Below, piece by piece: positions 11,555 through 23,200 of a stretch of 64,000 bases of DNA. The stretch spans positions 541,465-605,464 of the forward strand of contig RHPI01000560.1 in the NCBI GenBank assembly GCA_009103225.1, read 5' to 3'. The position numbers were made by a program, and so were the translations under genes. The notes under the pieces are model-generated. The model did no database searches, was not told the origin of the DNA, and saw only the letters and a list, made by a program, of their open reading frames with translations. Numbering within the stretch: the first letter of the stretch is position 1; every line of letters starts with the position of its first letter. The DNA is from Chlorokybus atmophyticus (taxonomy: Eukaryota > Plantae > Mesostigma and Chlorokybus algae).

Positions 11555-14069
11555 ATGAGAGAAGAGGTGGATGTGCCGGCGAGCGCCCTCGGCAGAGTCA
11601 TTGGTAGGGGCAGCCAGACCCTTCAAAAGCTTGAAACAAACGCCGGGCATCACATCATGGACGTCAGTAATGCAGCAGGCAACTCTCTCCAACTGCCAAG
11701 GCAAGTTGGAAGAACGGCATGTTGCACACACGACAACTTGTGTAAGCTTCCCTTGTGCTGTAGCCCAACATGCAACGAACTGAGCGTGGTGCACGCTCAC
11801 TTCGTTGTCTGTCGTCGCATTGGTCTTGAAAACGACAACATTGGTAGTTAATGCTGCTCCTCCTGCAAAACTCCACAACAGGTCGTGGTGTTTACAGCAG
11901 GTGATGGTGGCAACCACGCTCATTATTGTTGCTGTTGTGCATGCAGGTGGCGATATGCGGAAGAGACAGAGAGGCGGTCGAGGAGGTTGCGGGCCTCGTG
12001 CCAAGTGGCGGGGCACGCGGAGGAGACGCGAGCAGAGCGGCTATCATCCTGAATGGGCATGCTACTACTGCTTCGATACTGCAGACACAACAGAACCATC
12101 AGCAGGAGAGGAGACACCAGCCTCCTCCTCCTTACAGCCTTCAAGTTGCATTCCGCCGCTTCAGCTCAGTGCTTAACAGAGAACTCATGCCTGAACACCC
12201 GCGCTTCACCGACAAGCAGCTTTACACTTTCCATTCAGACGCCGCAGAAGAATGTGACTACTCTCTGTACTCCAGGCAAGACTCTCTGCCAGTGGTTGTA
12301 AGCAGCTGTACTGTGTGGTATTTGTGCGCGTACAGTGATACTGTGTAGTACAGGCACACGCACAGGCTAGCGAATGCATGTACACACACTGAGAGTGCAC
12401 ACATGCGCGGCACACACGCACATGCATCCATGTGAGCGTGCACCGAAGCATGCAACAGTGCGTTACGATGCGTGCAGGTCAGGTGTGTGCGACGGTTAGC
12501 TTTTGGTGCGTGCACGTCAGGTGTGTGCCACCGTGCCGGAACCCAGAGGCTGCAGCTTTGGTGCATCTTAGCATCAGGCCGGCATTGCATGAGCCGTTGT
12601 TTGCTGCAAGAGTTATGCAGGCAAGCAAAGATGCACGAGAAAATGAAGGCCGCCGCACTCTGGCTGATGTTGTGCGCTTCGGCATAATTTATGTCACACG
12701 CCTGAGTGCGGGCGCTAGCTCTTGGAAAAGAGGTGAGTGAAAATGACAATGACATGCACGCGCGCACATTACTCTGTACATGCGTGTGTGCAGGTTGCCT
12801 ACCGTTGTATTAGTCATTGTGCAGATGTCACCGTCACAGCAGAGGAGCTCAACAGCTTCAGGATGCCCGAAGGTATTGCCTTCCGGTATATACACTACAA
12901 ACGGACTTAAAGCCCATGTGAGCAGCATACGAGACTGGCCAAACACGTAAGGGTAAACATTGCTTGTATACTTGGCTTGTCGCATACGCATGCAAGCACG
13001 GACGCACCCGCATCCGTGTGCACACAAACCGTGACGTACATGCACATGCATGTGCTGTGTTGTGTCATACATACATGTATTGGGCTGTAAGTGCAGGCAT
13101 TATGAGGCTACAGGCCACCAACGCTCGGTGTCTGTACATATGACTTTTCATCAAGCGTCGCCACAGAAGGCGTTGAAAGTGATGTTAGCTTGTTCGGGCG
13201 AAGGCGACGATGCAGACATCATTGGCTGGCATGTCGAGCAAGGAAGGTGAGCTGGCAGTGCGCCACAGCCATGTGCATCACGTGCAACATTTGACTCGCA
13301 CCAGAGTGTGCGCCAAAATGCACTCACACGTACGGGCATGCTTAAACACAGTTCCTTGTTTGCAGACACCGGCAGGGCTTTCTTTCCATGGTACAATCCG
13401 ACGACTTGCCAGACTCTCGCATAGCCCTGGAGAAAAAACAGTCAATGGTAAGTTACGGCAGCAGCAGCAGCAGAGCCGACTGTAACCTCATGGCATGCTT
13501 GCAGTGGGGCATGCCCCACATGATGTGCGTATCTGCACTGATAAAAGTGCGTAGCAAAATGCCTTTTTCGGGCAGCTTCATGAGGCTGCAGAGCTGAAAG
13601 ATTACGTAGTGGATGCCTGCAATCACCGCTCCCGCGCCGATGGGTATCTCCGCTGTTAATCAGGCCATGATTGGTATCACGTCCACTTTGTGCGACACAT
13701 CATGAAGGAGGAATGCTTTGCAAAAGGGCCTTTGAAGGTCTACCTGATACAAGTTACCTCGGGCACAGCAACCAACGGTGATGAAGTGCAGCAGTACTTG
13801 TTGTTAGCTGGTGTTGTCATCATCAATAATGTACTCGTTGTTGTCGTTGTTGCTGTTGTTGTTGTGGTTGTTGTTGTTACTGTAGTTGTTGCTGTTGTTG
13901 TTGCATCCAGTAGCGGCGTGTGCCCGAGCAGGTGACCTGGGAGTTTGAGATCAAATCAAGCCTCCCGAGAACCCTGGCGGATGTCGGTGGTTGCGAGGAG
14001 GATGTCCAATGTGCCTTGCATGAGCTAGCTGCGGAAGGCTGGAGGCTAGCGCTGGCCATGAGCACTTGA
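11555..14069 (+). pseudogene. KH-domain + uncharacterised domain gene, multi-exon, frameshifted
   Basis: KH signature EVDVPASALGRVIGRGSQTLQKLE...VAICGRDREAVEEVAGL, then exons FRRFSSVLNRELMPEHPRF, RFGIIYVTRL, HYEATGH, GQLHEAAELKD, VTWEFEIK...LAMST*. Several frameshifts and stops relative to the paralog at 53.6-55.6 kb. Confidence 0.78.
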
Positions 14070-14699
14070 GGGGATCCAGGCCACTCTTGTCATTGAATGT
14101 CCAGTGCACAGAACATTGGACAAGGGGGGCAGTCGCTTTTATGGAGGCTCGGTATAGTAGGACTGTTGTCACAGTCGACTGCGATTGTAGCTGATGTGCT
14201 TTTACCATAGGGAGTAATTGATGCAACTCACGTGTAGCAAAGCAGCACGGAAGAACGGCCTAGCGACCACCACCAACAACAACAACAACAACAACAACTT
14301 CTTCTCACGCTGAACTCAGGGCGCGGTGAGCGTCGCTGCATGCGCGTCAGTTGTACGCTGCTGCATTAGGCGAGCCTCAAATACGTTGGTCATGTCAAGT
14401 GCGTTGGTAATGCGCATGTGGTCATGATGTTCATGTGACTACCGGTATGAGGCCAACGCAGGGCACTTTAGTACTTGGTAATACGGTTGCACTCGGCGAT
14501 GTCAATTCATTTCGTACAACTTGCTGTACCCTGCTTTACAGCTTACAGCGTGATGTAAGTTACATGATGTGACTTGAGTCGCGTTTGCGCGTGATGTAAT
14601 GTGATTGACGCTTGCGTGATTCGAGTCGCATGATGTGACTTACATCACGCACTGCGCCTGAAGTCGACTCCAGACGCACGCGCTCAGCAGCGCTCACCG

Positions 14700-15830
14700 G
14701 AGACATCTCCGGCGCCCATCTCCTTTTTAAGCGCTGCTGCGAGTGCGTCTGGAGAACGCCCCTGCATCCGTTGGTATTGTTGACGTCGTTGTTATGCTGC
14801 TGCTCCTGTTGGACAGTGCTGCTCCAGCCGGCGTACCTGGCGTACCGTGTGAGCTGGAAGTCGTGCTGCGGCAAGCACTGCTGCCTAAAATCGAGGATTG
14901 AAAGAGGATTGAAAGGAAGACAAGCACCTGCAAGTGGGGAGTAAGGTTACGCCCTTTTGTTTGACTGTGCAACGGAGTGCAGGTATCTGCACTGGAAAAC
15001 GCAACACAACCAGGACACACAGCATGCATTACGTTTTGAGCCACGTGTGCTTGGATGGCGTGTCTAATGTTGCACAGTGTCAAGAGACAATGTTGTACGC
15101 GAGAGGGGTGGACCTACAAAACGCGGAGAGCAATAGTGCGTGAGAGGGGCCAAGTGCACTGCCAGTAGGCTTCTTTGACTGCATGGCATTACTTCTCAAA
15201 CAGCTCAAAGCTCACATCTCATAGCTTCCGAGTACATTGTTGTTGCTCGCAGACAGTGTATGGAATCCTCAGTGTTGTGCCCATTGTACAGAACATGTTT
15301 GATTGTTTGCCATGGATCACGCTGAAACCCCGGGTGGGCCACTTCTGCCTGAACACCTTGCAAACCATTTTGCAGGCCAGGGCGGTCGGGAGGTCATGAA
15401 AGCCAGCATGGCCGCCGGCATCATTGCTGGGTTGGGCGCTGCTGCAGCAGTGCCTTCAATACTGTTGACATCTGCTGGACTTATTGGCACCACTGCAGGT
15501 GCACACCGTTGCTACACACTCTGCAACGTGCCACATCAACAATGGCATTGTTGGACACAACGGCGAAATATCATGCCTTGGCATAAAACGCCATCAGCCG
15601 CTGCATCACAAGCTCGCACTCTGCAATGTGCAGGTGGCGTAGCGATTGCAGGTCTCAAAGGCGCAGCAGCAACGACCGCTGCTTTGGCTTGGCTCGGTGG
15701 CGGGTCTGTGGCTGCGGGCGGTGGTGGCATGGCTGCGGGGCTGGCAGTGCTGTCTGCAGTGGCTTTACCGGTGGGTGCGGCAGTCGCTGTGGGATGCGTT
15801 GCATGTGTAGAGATGATGCTCACAAAGTAG
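14700..15830 (+). CDS. Gly/Ala-rich (glycine-zipper-like) putative membrane protein, copy A; 5' part uncertain
   Basis: Spliced core ASMAAGIIAGLGAAAAVPSILLTSAGLIGTTAG/GVAIAGLKGAAATTAALAWLGGGSVAAGGGGMAAGLAVLSAVALPVGAAVAVG, with a phase-1 intron at ~15498-15633 and a stop at 15828-15830. Upstream Cys-rich exon-like sequence (14700-14940) is shared with copy C. Confidence 0.6.
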
Positions 15831-16015
15831 ACCGCCGTATGGCTAGCAAAGTACGCAGTGAGTCTGTGCAACGTAGGAACTGCTGTGTTGCGAACATGCA
15901 TCCCTAGAGATGCTGTGGCTTGATACTGTGAGTGTTTTCCATGGTACACGCCCCAGGTGGGCCACTCCGGCCTGAACACCTTGCAACACCCACCTTACGA
16001 GCCATTCTCTGCAGG

Positions 16016-16430
16016 CAATGGCAATCTGGAGCTTCGTGAAAGCCAGCATGGCCGCCGGCATTGCTGGAGTGGGCGCTGCTGCAGCAGTGCCTTCATTACT
16101 GTTGACATCTTCTGGACTTAATGGCACGACTGCAGGTGCGCAATGTTGCTGCACACTCTGTACTGTGCATTGCTGGTCAACGGCTTATTGTTATCACGCC
16201 GTGCATCCTAAGCTCAAACAACACTGCACTGTGCAGGTGGCGTGGCCATAGCTAGCCTCAAAGGTGCAGCAGCAACGACCGCTACTTTGGCAGGGCTGGG
16301 GGGCGGTCCTGTGGCTGCGGGCGGTGGTGGCATGGCTGCAGGGCTGGCAGTGCTGTCTGCAGTGGCTTCGCCGGTGATGCGGCAGTTGCTGTTGGAGTAG
16401 CAGCTGCATCTCATGCTGAGAGATGATGCT
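16016..16430 (+). pseudogene. Tandem copy B of the Gly-zipper gene, frameshifted
   Basis: Repeats aaagccagcatggccgccggcatt...gcaggtgc intron ...gcaggtggcgtggccatagctagcctcaaaggtgcagcagcaacgaccgct; a deletion after ccggtg disrupts the end. Confidence 0.75.
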
Positions 16431-17199
16431 AAGGTAGTGCGTGGGAGCAACTCTTGAGTGTCAGTGTGCGGCTAGACGACATACGCAGCGGGGCTGCTCA
16501 CTATGCTCACCCATTAAACTGTACGAACTTTCACAAGGAGTAAGCTCAGTAGTTGCCATCACGCAAAAGCATGTGGACATTAGCACACGCAGTACACAAC
16601 CTGCCAGTGACCTGCATGTTCTATGAAGCTTTTCGGCCTGCACCCTCTTGAACTAGTTTATGTTAGAGGAGCTAGGTTTACAGAGATGCTGTGGCTCAAT
16701 ACTCAGTCTTGCCCTGTGCATGTGTACAGAAAATGCATGTGATGTGTGCCACACGTGTACTCTGTGTATGTGTGACACATAGAGTGCATGCATACACGTG
16801 CACTGTTTTCTCTCGCATGCTCATACATCAAAAACCAGACGACTAGCCTTTCCTGCACCAGTCTTGTGACGTATGGGTTCTATGCTACTAGATACAATTA
16901 CAATGCTCCTCACTGCGACATGGTCATTCCAGTGACTGACCCCGCAGTGCATCATGGGCAGAGCTGCATGCGCTATAGGCTTGATAGCCCTAACGTAGCT
17001 ATCCGAAAGCTTTGAGTTAAGTTGAAATATTTGGCAAATGATTCAACTGGTCTGTTCCCACGGACAAAGCAAGTACTAGTGCAGGCGCTGTGCTGGCGCC
17101 AATTCAATTCAAGGGAGGGCCTGGCAAATTGGACCAGGAGCTGAATTTTGACTCCCCCCCCCCGCGCTTCCTCCTTTAAGCCACAGTTGGGCTGCGCTC

Positions 17200-19536
17200 C
17201 ACATAAGTTAGCACAATTCTGGCCGTCGGCGGCGTGCGCACTGAGAGTTGTGGCTCACTCCGGAAGGTCGGCTGGGCACGCTCGGACAAGGGTGTAAGTG
17301 TCACTATCATCAACTTGTGAAAGACTCTGTCTGTGTTGTGGATTGGTGCATAACTCAACACTGGCATGTGTGTAGAGTGCGTCAGCATGCCATGCATGTA
17401 TGCCGAGCATGTAGGGTTAGCACACACCCTGACCCCATGAGAAGACTCCGGTGCGAGACGTGACATGGGGAGCAACAGCGAGTTGCCCGTGTGCAGCTTG
17501 GTGGTGATACACAGATCCGTCAGGCCAATGCGTACTGCTGATATACATTGCATTGCGCCTAACATGTGGTGTTGTGACATGACGACTTGGTTGCTGGACT
17601 GTTTGGCTACGGTGGGGACGGCGAGTGGCGGGCGGGGAGTCGTCTGCGTCATGCATGTTGTTGTTGCGGTGCTGGTGGATTGTGACTGACGAATCCGTTG
17701 GCTGCCTATTCGGCCGCTGCTTTGTGACAGGTTCAGGAGATTCCCATGCATGCGGGGTGGGTGTAGGAAAAAAAACTGAGAGAAGTGATAGCGAAGTGCA
17801 CGCGGTTTGGTGGCATGAGCATCACCATGTGAGGACTATGTGTTTGAACGCATGGTATGCGCTGCTGTTGGTCATTATTGTTGATGAAGATGGGGTCCAA
17901 GGTTCGAGAAGGCTTGAAGTTGGTTTCCCGTTATCCTGTACCATAACTATGCAGTCATGCACGCTCGCGTGCATGCACATGCGTAGCCACACGCGCATGC
18001 ATGCACCCGTACGCGCACACACAGACAAGTACTACTGTCTGTGCATAGCATGGACAGACACGCGCACTCGGGGACAGGCACTAACACGTGCACGTGCCCG
18101 CACTTCTGCGCGTACGCCACCACCACTATCCTCCTCCTCCTCCTCGTCGTTGTCATTGGTACTATGATCAGGTCCATGTTGCATGACTGGCAGTCAACAC
18201 CTTCATATCGTTGCAGCTCCTGCGACGCGTCCGTATCTGAGAGGAGTAGTCCAAGCCTGAAGCTTGGGATCACTCCTTTTCAAACCCAACCCCACCACCG
18301 ACACCCAACCATCCGCAGCGACACTGCGCAATGCAGGGCTGACAGTGCTGACAGTCGCCCTGCATGCGTGTGCCAGAGGGAGGCAGGGCAGGGCAGAGGG
18401 GCCCCGCCACAGGTTTGCGAGTCGCAGCGACTGCGGCCGAAGAGAAGAGAAAGGAAGAGCGGAGGGAGAGAGAGGCGGAGGAGGGAGAGGAGCAGGAGGG
18501 GGAGGGAGAGAGAGAGGGAGACAGAGGGGAAGGAGGAAGGGAGAGGGAGGGGAAGCCCGCACATACAATGCATGGAGAGTCAACCGTCAATGGCCGACGG
18601 CAACACATATAATCAACACACAGTTGTTGATGCAATCCTTAACAAAGGAATATGCAATGATTGTCACGTCAAAGTGTTTATGATGCCACCTCAGCAATGC
18701 AGCCGCCAATACGAAATGTTTTACATACGCGGGGTAAAGCACTGTGCCACTTCAACAAGTTGGCCTGTTGAGCTCTCCTCGCAAGTAATATTGGTCCGAT
18801 GTCTTCAGGTCCTTCCACATGACGAGCCCACTCAAGCATGTCCAGCGCGTGCACCGCTGAGACAAGTGCAAGCGGTGAACCCTAATACGCGAGAAAGCCC
18901 GGATCCTCTCGCGCGAAAACGCCACACGTGTTAAACCCGGGTACCCGCGAATGCCCGAGGCGACAGCGTGATCAACCACCTGCATGGCGACCTCCACGGA
19001 CGCTGGACAGCTGGGCATGTGTGATGCTTGAGGGCATCCACATGGGCTTGCAAGCCCGTTCTCTTGGGCTGACAGAGAGAGTCGACAGACTTGAAAAAGG
19101 AGGGGTGGGCGTGGGGAAGCGCAAGTGCGGGGCCTCCATATCTTGACTTACCTTGTGCATCAAGAATGTGTAGTGCTTAAAGTTTATGGTGCCGTTAGCT
19201 ATGGCTTTCATAACTTCCTCTTCAAAATCCTGCACCACAACATGAACAATGTGCAATCCCCCCNNNNNNNNNNNNNNNNNNNNNNNNNNNNNNNNNNNNN
19301 NNNNNNNNNNNNNNNNNNNNNNNNNNNNNNNNNNNNNNNNNNNNNNNNNNNNNNNNNNNNNNNNNNNNNNNNNNNNNNNNNNNNNNNNNNNNNNNNNNNN
19401 NNNNNNNNNNNNNNNNNNNNNNNNNNNNNNNNNNNNNNNNNNNNNNNNNNNNNNNNNNNNNNNNNNNNNNNNNNNNNNNNNNNNNNNNNNNNNNNNNNNN
19501 NNNNNNNNNNNNNNNNNNNNNNNNNNNNNNNNNNNN

Positions 19537-19605
<69 letters not shown>

Positions 19606-19880
19606 ATCACCAAGGTGTTAGCGGTGATGTAGGTAGTGAGTTAGCTGATGCAATGGTTATGTCCGGTGGTCAAGTATGTATTGAGAGCTGCCTGCTGCCC
19701 TGCCCATGCATGATACGCATGGGCCATTCCACTGCGCATTATCTGTACATACACAGCCGATGTTTGTGTGCGTCTCTTGTCTATTACAGGCAAAGAGAGA
19801 AAGGGTTAGAGAGTAAGCTGCAGTGCCGCACGAACCTGCACCGCAGCAAGGTGCGGTGGCGCCTCCATTAGCGGCGCGAC
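17200..19880 (+). pseudogene. Second decayed segmental copy of the PUS locus and its 3' flank
   Basis: 17221-17310 matches PUS exon 3; 18168-18250 matches exon 4; gagaggagcaggagg (~18484) matches exon 6; 18980-19060 matches 7310-7400; 19812-19880 matches 8002-8090. Order and orientation are the same as the source. Confidence 0.75.
19264..19536. other. Assembly gap (N run) followed by (TG)n to 19604
   Basis: Directly visible. Confidence 0.99.
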
Positions 19881-20278
19881 CCTACTTCCCCTCCCTTCCG
19901 CCTTGCGCTCTGCTGTCTTCGGGCAGGCCGTCGCCGTCGTCAGCAACGCCGCCACTCCAGTACGAGCCGCAGGACCACGACAACGACTTGACCACCACCA
20001 CCGCTGCCGCCGCCGCCGCCCCTGACAATGCCATGCAGTGCCTGCGCCTGAGCCTGTACAGAGCATGCTGTCGGTGCTGATTCATTTGACAGCATGCTCT
20101 TCAAGCTCATAACGACCAACCGCATGCTGTGTGCCCACGTCACGTGACCCCCACGCATGCGGCGGGCCTTTTGCAACTATACCAACGGCTCAGCCAGCGG
20201 CGGCGGCGGCGGCGGTGTTGGCGGCGTCAGGCGCGGTGTCAGCGGCATTAGCTGATGTCGCATCCAGAGTGTTTAAGA

Positions 20279-23200
20279 ATGCCTATGCTCCTCATTCATG
20301 CCGGCGTCCTGGTGCTTCTCCTCTGCTCCATCACTCGCGTCACAGCAGCAGCGGTGGCGGCGGCGGTGCCAGCGGCCGGAGCGGACCAGGAGCTGTTTGC
20401 GTGGGGACGCAATGCTGAAGGACAGGTTGGCAAATTGCTGTTTTTGACGTAGTCAAGTTTCAACGTCATCATACTCGGCGATCAGTTGAGAAAGTTCGAG
20501 CTTTTGAATGGAACAGAGCATGAATCATTTATTCAAGTTTACGGTTTGCTTCCACTTTGAGCACAAAGCGCGTGTGTCGGCATGCTCTGCAACAGCCACC
20601 ATTGTCAGCACTCCCGCTGCATTGGTGCTATCGATCAGATCACGGTCATCGACATTCATGCATGGGCTTACAGCTGATGGACCTGTTGCGTGCAAGCACA
20701 ACATGCACACACGCACCCACATTATAGACGGAAAGGGGTCACTGATGATGCACCCAGAGTTACTTGTAACATGCAGTGCATACAGACTTGCGGTATAGCG
20801 TTACATATTGAGTGTCCTTTCCATGAATCAACACCACTACAGCTGACAGTAACCCTTTTTCCAATAAGCACAGCATTTGACAATGAACACAGTGCAATTT
20901 GTCCATGCAATTCATCTACCACCTGTCTAAGCAGCTCAGTGTAACACAACTCTTCATCACCTTACTATCCCGTAGACAACAATTTGACCAACTCACTTTC
21001 TTCTGTGCCCTTTGTTGCTTCACAGCTAGGTGTCTCCGACCGCGTGGACCGTTTCCTCCCCGTGCCCGCCTCGGCCCTCCGCGGGCACCGCGCGAGGGCG
21101 GTTGCGTTGGGTGCCGCGCACGCTGTGGCCGTCCTCGACAACGGCGGCAGCAACAACAACGCCGGTGGTGGGCGAGCGTGGAGCGCGGGGGCTGATGATG
21201 CGGGGCAGCTCGGGAACGAGGGGAGGAGCGGCGATGGAGGTGCGCTTGCACCGGTTGAGGGTATAGAGGGAATTGTGGCAGTTGCTGCGGGGGAAAAGCA
21301 CTCTGTTGGATTGTCCGCCGATGGAGAGGTATGCTGGGACAGTGCGTGTGTGAACCATGAGAGTGAGTGTGAGTGTGAGTGTGAGTGTGAGTGTGAGTGT
21401 GAGTGTGAGTGTGAGTGTGAGTGTGAGTGTGAGTGTGAGTGTGAGTGTGAGTGTGAGTGTGAGTGTGAGTGTGAGTGTGAATGTGAGTTTGATTGTGCGC
21501 ATGCAAATGTCTCATACTCTCACACACAAACAGATGTGTGTGCATGCGCATGCATGCATGTGTGTGCGGAGCGGGGGTATGAAACAGCAAGAGCGTGAGC
21601 AAATGTACCTGCGAGCAAGCAAGCATGCGAGCAAGCATGCATGCGTGCGACTGACCTGGGGTGCACATGCAGGTGTATGTGTGGGGTGGAAACGCGCAGG
21701 GGCAGCTTGCGCTGGACCCGGCGAGCACCGCAATGCTGTCAACGCCACACAGGCTGCGTATCACAGCCGCAACGTCCAAAGTGATTGGTATGCAACGCGT
21801 ATCAGGCCTGGAAGCAACAACAGCACGGTCGCCGACTGGCTGACTCATCACAGGTGTATGTGCGGGAGCAAACCACTCGCTAGTGTGGACTCAGGAAGGA
21901 GAGCTCTTTGCGTGGGGCGCCAACTACAACGGGCAGCTTGGAGTTGGGGACAAGAAAGCCCACTATGAGATCATGCGCGTGGCCGATGCTGACCCCGTGC
22001 GACAGGTACTAACTGGTGGAATGGACCTGTGCACAAGAGCCACTACATGTAATCACTCTGACTAACACAGGCTGCATGCGGAGGCCAACACTCCCTTGCC
22101 CTCACTACCAATGGCAAAGTGTATGCTTGGGGGCGCAACCAAGCTGGCCAGCTGGGCTTGCAATCCATGATCAACTCCCAGGTCAATATATGTACACACG
22201 CACACAAATGCACACTAACACACATGTGCACACACAGGCACATATGTGTACATGAATGTTTATGCACATGCATGCCTGTCCACACACATACACTTACCAT
22301 CATGGTGTATGTATATGTATGCTCACGTACGTAAGCAAACATCCGATCAGGATCGGTTGTTGCCGGAGTTGGTGCCACGCTTTACGCCCGCAGCAGTGCG
22401 GCGTCTGGGTGCGGGCCAGTCGTTCTCGCTGGCGTTCTGCGAGGACGGCGCGCTGTGGGCGTTCGGGGACAACAGCGAGGGGCGGCTCGGCACGGAGGGG
22501 CCGGATACTAGAACGAGTGCGACACCCATGCAGGTGGCAATGGGAGGCGTGGCTGTGAAGGATTTTGCGTGTGGGCGGCAGCATGTTGTCGCGCTCGGGG
22601 CTGATGGGAAGGTAACAATGCCCTGTGCCCCTACCAACGCAGATGCGTTTGGTGTCAAATGCGGTTAAAGTGGGAACTCCCCTGCTAGATATACGCGTGG
22701 GGCGCCAACAACGTGGGCCAGTTGGGCGTCGGGGACACTCTGCCCAGGATGAAGCCGACACGAATCCGCTCTTTTGACTCCAGCCACGTACACAATACCC
22801 TACACACTCTCCACTTAAGCTCATGGTACACCTACATTAACCTTACCTCTCCTCAGGTGGACTTTGTGAGTGCGGGGGAGGACTCCTCCCTGGCAGTCAT
22901 GTCAACTGGCGCTCTCTATAGTTGGGGTGGAGCAGCGGCCGCCAGCATTGCCGTCACTGGCGTCGAGGCCAGTAGCAACAACAGGGGCGGGCGCAGCAAA
23001 CCAACTCTGGCATTGCCACCACAGGATCGTAGCCCCATACTAGCAATCGCAGCAGGAGGGTATGCGCACGCGTATGGCGGACACAGCTTGGCGATCACTG
23101 CAGAGGGATCGCTATATGCTTGGGTGAGGCCTTTGGCAGTAACAATCTTGTCTCTTCGTAAGATTTTCTGATTGATGTGGTTAGCAAACCACAAGTTCAT

